Shown: positions 52,801 to 61,444 of the stretch, one piece after another | Layout: every line of letters begins with the position of its first letter | Numbering within the stretch: position 1 is the first letter of the stretch | Assembly (NCBI GenBank): GCA_903813345.2 | Contig: CAIIXF020000001.1 | Span: 32,488,001-32,552,000 of the forward strand | DNA from: Owenia fusiformis | Lineage: Eukaryota | Length of the DNA stretch: 64,000 nt | Reading direction: 5' to 3' | Made by a program: the position numbers and the translations under genes | Notes under the pieces: generated by a model | What the model saw: the letters and a program-made list of their open reading frames with translations, nothing else | The model's database searches: none | Told to the model about the DNA's origin: nothing

Positions 52801-54997
52801 CCAGTGTGTAATTGCAAAAGGAGATTGAACCACCAGTGGGACACCACTTTATAACAACCAGGAATCTTATGATGTAACATCATGTAACTACAGTTAATGT
52901 AGATCAAGAAATTAATGAAAAAAGGATATCTTTACAATTACAATTTACATCACTATCTGCTATATCAATTTACAGTATTTAAAAGTGCGTTTGATATATT
53001 TAATAAGTCTTATAGGGTATGACATTAAAAAAGAACTATATATCCACATAGTTACAAGTATTTGTACAGTCATTTACAGCGGGTGTTAAAGAAAACGTTA
53101 GCTCGGGTCTAATCATCGTGAAATAAATCCAATATTTTCGAATTGATTCGCAAAATTTTAAAGAAGATTTGAGGTTTAATATTTAAAATGCATTATATTA
53201 ACTGATTTATTTGCACAACCCACGGGGACCATGCTGTAAGCGGTGTTCAATGTTAATAAAATGGCGTGAAATACATCCGTTTTATAAGATTAAAGGTTTA
53301 CATCATGTAAAGGCATTTATCTACAGGGGATCTTTTAATTTTGAGATAATCTTAATCCACATGTAAGTTCGTGCCGTGCCTTTCAACAGACACAATGACC
53401 CTCTGTACACCGTTAACTAATTTTGTTGCATTACGTATTTTGTATTAGCAATCGCCAATGGCAATTCAAGTAAGTATATGAAATACAATAAGGTACAAGG
53501 GCGTTAATTAATCCAAATGATGTAAAACACCGTTCTTTATACGTTCGACACGCCCTTGGGTGTTGATTACTATTATAGTAAGTAATCGGACTAGAAAATC
53601 CAACACATTATGCTCAAGAGCTCTCCAGCGTCTATAAGTTCACATTTCGTCAGAAACTATAAGTTATTCAATGATTCGAGTGAAATACAGAAAATATTCT
53701 TCCCGAGAAGGTTGTATTTCACGATGCGCTAGCATCACGTTCTCCCAATGTCACAAAGTTAGGGAGCCGTTGCAAGACGTATTCTTCATTTACACTTCTT
53801 TTGTGTGTCAGAGTCCCTGTCAGAAGAAAATGGCTAAAATGTCTAAAATGTGCCAGATTTTCCAACAGGAATGGCATATCATAATTCATTCTAAATATTC
53901 TAGTAGAATCATTTAGGAATGACTCACAATAATACAGTTTAATATTATATGGAATTATTTTGTCATCATACAAATGCTGTTATTTCTGCGCTCTTTGTTC
54001 AAGAATCGTAGTCATAATAGTGTGAATGAGGTTGTGGAATCCTACCTACCGAAACAACAGGATATCTGTAAAGATCGAATTCAAATAGAAAGATTTGTTT
54101 GGAAACAAAAGTTTGAAATATGTTATGGTCAGTTTCCAATTAAAGGTTTGTTTCCCTACTATGATGATTACTTTCAATGTCACATACTGAGCTCTTTCTC
54201 ACAATGAACCTTTATTTGGAAAATATTTACCCCTTTAATTGTATTGTGTTTACCCTTTGGGCATTTAGTTTGTGCCAATTCCATTCATCGTTGATAATTT
54301 CTGAGATGTTCTCATCAAAACACAATAGAACACAAGCTTGGATACCAGGTTTGGATGACCAATGTTCGACCACGGCCATAATTTAAACATCTCCGCGTTT
54401 CTCTCATTGATACAGCCTCAATACAATGTATGGCAGGGACTCGCGTACCATCAATAAAACAAAGAATGTGACACTTAAACAACTGCTGGAATTTAATTAT
54501 GAGCTTTATCATTTTATGCGAGATTTGCTGAGAATTATTTGTATTTTCCACACAATTAATCAACTGACAGTGATCGCATTTGGCAATAGCATCATTTTGA
54601 AAAGTTTCGCGTCCCCTAGCTTCTGTACAACAACCAGATGTTTGCCCTGTTGTTTTATTTTCAAGTTTTATACTCTAATCAGAATTTTGTTTGTGTTGAA
54701 CATTGTTGCAAACTTTGACTTATTCAATACAGTTTACAGGAGCGGATCTGAAAATCAAGAGGAGGGGGTCCAAAAAGGGAAAAATGGGTCCAATTCTGAT
54801 AGGCCCAAAATCAACAAATAATGCCCAGTAATGACAGTTTCCCGGGACAGTTTGTCATCTAAATTGCCCAATTAATGTGGGGAGAAGCAGATTTTGGGCC
54901 CCAACTTCTTTTCGGAGCCAACCAAGGGGGTGGGGGCATCTAGGCCTAGCCCCCCCCCCCAAATCCGCACTGATTAACTCGAATACATGATATTATA

Positions 54998-55075
54998 TAC
55001 CCTGCGTGCAGAGTCTAGTTAAACTACAGACGAAGCTCTCTTTTAAGAAGTGAAGTCAAACGAATGCAAAGGGTA
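54998..55075. mobile_element. About 80-bp mini-MITE (TACCCT...AGGGTA); partial copies at 21288-21357, 44090-44138 and 48155-48188
   Basis: Shared core TTCGTTTGACTTCACTTCTTAAAAGAGAGCTTCGTCT. Confidence 0.75.
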
Positions 55076-55206
55076 GATATTATATAAGCTGGCGAATACA
55101 TATAAAAGCGAGGTGAATACATATATAAGCTAGGCGAATACATATATAAGCCAAGACACGCTGGGTTAACTCTGAATAGAATTAATAATACTAGTAAACA
55201 GAACAG

Positions 55207-55324
55207 TAGTCTTGCTTAGAAGACCCTGTACCCCCCCCCCCCTTTATCCTTCTCTCTATATGTATATTGTCAGGTAAAGAGAGTGAAGGTGACGGGGGGG
55301 GGTGGATAAGTCTGAGCAAGACTA
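55207..55324. mobile_element. Short MITE with TAGT termini and 4-bp TSD ACAG
   Basis: ACAG|TAGTCTTGCTTAGA...TCTGAGCAAGACTA|ACAG with poly-C and poly-G subterminal tracts. Confidence 0.8.
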
Positions 55325-55865
55325 ACAGAACAGAAAGTAAACATTGAATCTATCTAACACATTGGGATCCACTGTTTTCATCACTATATCTAACACAATA
55401 TGATGGTATCGTCATTAAGTTAATTATTGAACAGGTTAAAGTTCAGTAAATTGACATCATATATCATATAATCTGAACACACATTTTCATGCATTTTTCG
55501 TAACAAATCATTGATAGTTACATTACATATCATAGTTTATCCACGTTTCCACTTTTTGATTTTCTTTTAAAAATAAAACAAAATTATTTATTGTGTTATA
55601 GTCTAATGATGTCCACCTGGCGTTGAGGAGGCGTCCGTGATGTTGGCCCGAGGACATTACCGTATACAGCATAGGAATGTATGTACTCTTTCTCACGGTA
55701 AATGCCAAATAATTCTCCCTCCATCATCGTGCATTGATAGTTCAATGCGGTTTCCGTTTTGCTGGCTAAACAGATAAATCTATGATTGGAGATGGGAGAA
55801 TAATGTGACGATTGCACTCCGTGAGCCAAACATCTAGGTGCAGCGAGGTAGTTAGTTTTGTGTTT

Positions 55866-56021
55866 GATTGGTTGGAGACTAGTTCATCCATCTGATTGGC
55901 ATTGCCACGCGTCTCCTTTACGTTCACCTTGCTGCTTAAAGTGTGGGAAAGTGAATATTGCGACAAACAAAAACTTTTTCATTCATATCTAAATGATTTT
56001 GATTGTAAAATGGACCACCTG
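55866..56021 (-). promoter_or_regulatory. Inverted, gene-less third copy of the HES promoter core module
   Basis: Minus strand reads CAGGTG..ATTTTACA..TTTCCCACACTT..GACGCGTGGCAATGCCAATCA..AACCAATC, with internal offsets of 37 and 77 nt versus 38/79 (HES-B) and 38/80 (HES-A). Confidence 0.65.
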
Positions 56022-56127
56022 TACATATGTGATTTACAAGTATGTTTCCACAAAATGTCTAAAGCATGATACTTGCTATGACAAAGATATGTCTTGTGTT
56101 TATTGAAAAAGAAGTATTGAGATTTGG

Positions 56128-56196
56128 ATTGGCTCACACAGTGAGCCTATGGGATCGACTTGGCGTCCGTCCGTCCGTCCGTTGGCCCGTCCGTCA
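56128..56196 (+). mobile_element. Helentron-associated (HINE/DINE-1-like) element end
   Basis: Short GGCTCAC..GTGAGCC palindrome followed by a (CGTC)n microsatellite. Confidence 0.5.
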
Positions 56197-58977
56197 AATC
56201 ATATCAACATTCATTTTATGTATATCCATGGTGCCTATTTGACCTGTCATCGCCATTTCCGATCCCAAGTTTGCCCGGTTTCCGAGAAATTGTGGTCTTC
56301 TGTGGTCAGTAACATTTCTACCATCGCCGCACTGCGGTCGAATACTTTTGCAGTCACATTTCCTACGACAGCCGCACGGTGAATTTTGAATTTCTGTTGA
56401 TAAACGTTAATGCTTATTTTCATTTTATTTACATCAGTACAATGTATGAATGTTATTCATAGTGTTAGGATATAATATAAAATAAAAAATTGTTAGTGAA
56501 ACATTGACCAATTGTAACTTAATCTTTTGTAAAATAAGTTGCTTTGGTATCAGTGAGCTTACATCAAACAGTTTATGTATTACAAATGCAATCTTCACAG
56601 CAGAGTTATGCGTGAAAAACTGTTAGATTACCCATCAAAACACCACGGCAGACGCAAGTCAACATAATAGTCTATAAGCCCGACATGCGGCCACCGTGGG
56701 ACCTTTCTGCGGTCTGGCAACGGCCTGTTGATTTACAGGGGGAATGCAGAAATGAACATATACTACAGTATAAAAATTACACTGCTGCCATGCGGTCTGT
56801 AAAAAAACTGGATACGCGGTACAGAAACCGCAAGGCGACCGTGGTTTTCCTACGCTCGCCGCAGCAATTCACTGTTTCAATTGTCCTGACGTACGGCTGC
56901 CGTACGACAAATCTGACCCAGTCACATTTAATCTACGGCAACCGTACGGCGACCGTTGTTTCCCAAAATGTCTATATCGATTTTGTGAAGCTACGGCCGC
57001 CATACAGCAAATGTGAATAACTTGCTAAGTCGTTAAGTTTCCCTGACTAACTTACTAACTTACTCATGCCATTTGGACAAAAAAGTTTTTTCTTTACAAA
57101 GCTAATTCTTTCAAAACATAATGGGGTTACAATTATTACTGTCTGAGCACAGGGCTGTATGTCCTTCATTTGTTATAAGTTCGAATTGCTAATGAAATCA
57201 AAAATTAAATGCGTCTTTCTAAACTAGCGTATCAATGCGTCATATTATATAAAGAAAAACAAACAATGATACAACGTTTCCCTTATCGCTCTTCTTAAAT
57301 TCATTCATTTTGAAATGCACGTTTTTCGCCCATTTTACTGCATTTATGAAAATGAATGTCAAAATGATTTAGGTCATTAAACATTGACACTGGAGACTTC
57401 AGTGCCGAAAATCATTAGATACTTCAACGTGTTATTTTAATTTGTTAGTTTTAACGTTTTTGAATCGCTAATGGCTTCTTGGGATTTGTCCATGTTGATG
57501 ATCTGAAGCGGGTTCTTTATCATTTGATAGCTTATTCTGTGGTAATCGTGGCAGGAACATGGTTTATAAAATAAATATTTGCACCAAGTCTATTTTGGTA
57601 ATTAAGGTATCGATAAAAGCCTATGCAGCTTAAAATGTCATCTTGATATCGTAGTGGGACTTACACGTGGACTAGAAAAAGATCAACAAGTCCAAAACTT
57701 GAGTTTTATTTACATTTCCCACGACTTATTTGTTGATCAGTGGAGTTCTTATAGGATTAGCCAACCAAGTTTGATAAGTTTTGTGTACATATCAGGTTCT
57801 CACGTTTACTCAGCAAGCAATTTTGTTCACATATTACCCAAAGTTAACATTATCTGAGGCAGGGCTTCTTTTCAATTGCCGTCGAGATAAGTACCCATGA
57901 TCTCATGATGACGTCATGTGCTCTCCACAATGCACACAGAGGATGAAATAAAACAAGAAATTAACCCAAAATACAAAAGGTACCCTCTGTTCCAAGTAAA
58001 TAAAAAATAATGTGAAACGTTGACCAGATAGATTGATTTATTTAAACAGAGACACGTAATTATATGTCTGATCGTTGCCATGATAATATAAAGTGGCTGC
58101 TTTTTAATAATCTGAAAACATGTCTGAATGTAAAATAATGTATATTTGTGCGATATAAAAAAGCCTTTTGCATGTGAAGGTAAGTCCAGGTTTAGCATTT
58201 TAAACTAAAGTAATTTAAAAACGGTCCAAAATAATGATGACTTAAGAATGGTACATTGGTTATAAAAAGCATAATAGTATCTTCGTATTACTTAGCAAAA
58301 TCTATTTCGAATATCAAAGTGTGTAAATATTTGATGCCCTTTTGCCTGAAGATTGAGGTCAATTTTAGTACATACACATCAAGACATCAACAATTAAAAT
58401 TTCATATTTTTTAAATATTGACATTGACATGATCAAGTCCAGGGATGAAGAAAGAAAATTTGAAATAATATAAAAGAAATGTATTTACAATAACAGCCAT
58501 TTTAATAAAATTAACAAAATTGGAGTAATTATCTCTCAAGAACGTGATTGCCTCAGTTCTGTCTGCAGCCATTGTGCAGAATGGCTGGCACGTGCAAATC
58601 TGCGGGTGCCAGACATCCCCATTCATGTGAAGTGTCTACGAGCATTCCAACACACAATTAGGTTCCCACTAGTTCTGCTAATTTTGAAGCACATGCAATT
58701 TCGTTTGAAAATGGGGAAAGTCCTTTCGAAAAGAAAGAAGAAAAAGTAAATTACGTATCTAAAAAAATAGTATATGCAAAAGCACATTGTAGTAAAATAA
58801 ACATTCCATGTTTAAGATTATATAACAACATGGTATAATAGTATTCAACGCATATTTAGAAAATGTATTGCATAAGACATTGGTCACTCTGATACAAATC
58901 TAATTTTTTTATCAATTTATGTGGAAGTCCCATTTAAAATGGTTCATTCTCTTGCCAAATGTTTGCATTTCAAATCG

Positions 58978-59336
58978 ACTTTCCCACGTTCAAAATACAA
59001 AGCCTAGATTTGCTCATAAAATAGCTCAATAATAGAACCCGGGCTGCAGGTGAATTTGCTTTTGTGTGGAAGAATGTCAAACCACGACCTTATTTTACAT
59101 GACAATGTCTGCTTTAGTTGCTAGCTGATGGGCGGAGATTTCCCACACTTAAACTTACCATACTCTCAATGGAGAAGACGCGTGGCGATGTCAGTCATTC
59201 CAATATCGTGTTCCAATAACCAATCGCAGATTCGATAGCATCTGGCGAGATACATTCCGTCACATTAGGCGTCCTTTGATTGGTCAATAGCACAGGTATG
59301 CAGCGTGGGAATCTGCGCAAAATTACTTCACATAAA
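58978..59336 (+). promoter_or_regulatory. Proximal promoter of HES-B with Notch/CSL sites, E-box, class-C site, CCAAT pair and SPS-like pair
   Basis: TTCCCACG 58981, GCAGGTG 59046, TTCCCACA 59140, GACGCGTGGC 59177, TGTCAGTCA 59189, CCAAT 59220, ATTGG 59279, CGTGGGAA 59304, then a 15-nt spacer and TTCACATA 59327. Confidence 0.8.
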
Positions 59337-59433
59337 GATGAAGTGAACAACATTTAATCAGCCATCATCCAGGTGAGGTCATTATTTACATCCATTTCAC
59401 CAACCAAACAGCATATCATCAGTTACGAAGAAG

Positions 59434-60670
59434 ATGTCTGAGAAAGCTATGACAAAATTAGAGGGAGAAAAGATATCATCGTGCAATGCAATGGATAGAA
59501 AGGTAACTTTTTAGATGATTTGGGATTTCAACCATGTAATTTGAAAGCATTCAATGCATGCTATTGTTATGTAACAAAAATATAACTTAACATACTTCCA
59601 CCGCATCACTAACTTAATTATGTCTTGAACAGACTTAAGTTTTGAAAAGAATCAATTTTAGTTTTAAAACTCGAAAATAAGTACACAGATCTAATGAATT
59701 GGTTTATTTGCAGACGAGTAAACCACTGATGGAAAAAAGAAGACGTCAAAGAATAAATAACTCACTGACGCAGATCAAAACCCTTGTTCTTCAAGCCATG
59801 AAAAAAGACGTAAGTTGAGATTTATCAAAAGAATATTTCATCACAGGATTAAAAATGAGAAACTTTATATGCGGTAAAAAGGTTGCTATAGCCAAATGAC
59901 TGTTCATTCACCTTGTCTTATTGTTTGTGTTTATATATTTGCAGCCTTCAAGATATTCCAAATTGGAGAAAGCTGACATACTTGAGATGTGCGTCCACCA
60001 TCTTCGAACTGTTCAAAAACGCCAGTTATCTTTGACTCAAAATGATGCTAGTACTTTAAACAAATACAGAGAAGGATTCTCAAAATGTGCAACAGAAACA
60101 ATGAAGTACCTTCAAACAGGGAATAATGTTAATATGGACGCTGATGTACGTAATATGCTTACGGGACATCTCTCAAACTATGCATCAAGCATGTCTACAA
60201 CGCCTGTATCTCCTTCACAAAATGTGACATCCACAATGGAGCAACCACTTAACATTCGAATCCCACAAGTTCCATCAAAGATCGCTCAACCTATAAACAT
60301 TCAAATTCCACAGAGTCCAGTTGGTACGAACACTTTATACAAAATGAGTCAACAAACTGTAAGCCAGCCACTATTGGTTGCCAAGAATGGGTCTCCAAAT
60401 GCAGTGAACTGTGCATATGTCGTGCTAGGGCAGGCTAACATCGTCCCTATGAACTCTTCTGGAGTATCAAATACTCTTGTGGTATCACCAACATATGGCC
60501 TTACACCGAATCAGTCAAACACAAGTCCTACAATGGGGGCACTTGCTCCATCACCCATAGCCATACAGACAGTCACATCTGTACCAGTGCAAAGTAACAC
60601 TCCAAACGTTGTGAAATGTGAAACAAACAATAGTTCATTACAGAAATCTCCAATGTGGAGACCATGGTAA
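59434..60670 (+). CDS. HES: HES/hairy-family bHLH-Orange transcriptional repressor (paralogue B); exons 59434-59502, 59714-59809, 59945-60670; 296 aa
   Basis: Spliced translation [75 protein letters not shown]...[17 protein letters not shown]...SPMWRPW*. Same intron positions and phases as paralogue A (GTAAC/GTAAG donors, TTGCAG acceptors). Exons 1-2 are absent from the supplied ORF track. Confidence 0.96.
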
Positions 60671-60876
60671 ACGTCTACAGATAATTGTTTCTCCAAAGCC
60701 AAACAGTGGTTTAAATCCCACAATCTACTAGTTTATTGTACATGTTATAAGCTGCTGGTCATGTTGATATGTGTTGAATGATAATTCAACTATAACTAGT
60801 TAATTATCCCCATTCGTGGATCTATACTGCTGATATTTTGTTACTGCTGATAATGAAATTTCATTATTACTTAATT

Positions 60877-61196
60877 TTACTTATTTTAACTGCTGAATTA
60901 TGTCACTGCCGATAGAGTTCCCTTGTTGTAAAGTTTACTCACTTTAACTGTTGAATTATGTTCCTGCCGATAGAGTTCCCTTATTGTAAAGTTTACTCAT
61001 TTTAATTGCTGAATTATGTCACTGCTGATAGAGTTCCATTATTGTAAAGTTTACTCATTTTAACTGCTGAATTATGTCACTGCTGACAATGGCTGATAGA
61101 GTTCCCTTATTGTAAAGTTTACTCATTTTAACTGCTGGATTATGTCACTGCTGATAGAGTTCACTTATTGTAAAGTTTATTCATTTAAACTGCTGA
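60877..61196. repeat. 58-bp minisatellite (about 5.3 copies) in the inferred HES-B 3' UTR
   Basis: Unit approximately TTTTAACTGCTGAATTATGTCACTGCTGATAGAGTTCCCTTATTGTAAAGTTTACTCA; one copy has a 10-bp insertion near 61087. Confidence 0.92.
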
Positions 61197-61434
61197 AAGG
61201 GATTTTCTATTGTTTATATCTTAATCATCAAAACTCAAAACTGTGAGCTTCAATGTAGATATTGTGATGAAACAAATATCAACATTTCATTCTGTTATTT
61301 CCTGATATTATTGATAATAATCAATTATGTATATCTGCTGGACGGATCTAATCAGGTATATGTATTGTAGTACATGTACTTCAACTGCATTCCATATGAA
61401 TTGTGATACAATTATGTTTATGCTTTAAATGGAT

Positions 61435-61444
61435 ATTAAATAAA
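61435..61444 (+). terminator. Candidate polyadenylation signal of HES-B
   Basis: Overlapping ATTAAA/AATAAA about 770 nt after the stop codon, followed by a T/GT-rich tract near 61475. Confidence 0.5.

Noticed and set aside
47000..55600. Third HES gene or pseudogene downstream of the orphan promoter
   Set aside because: No bHLH, Orange or WRPW-coding remnants found by eye on either strand.
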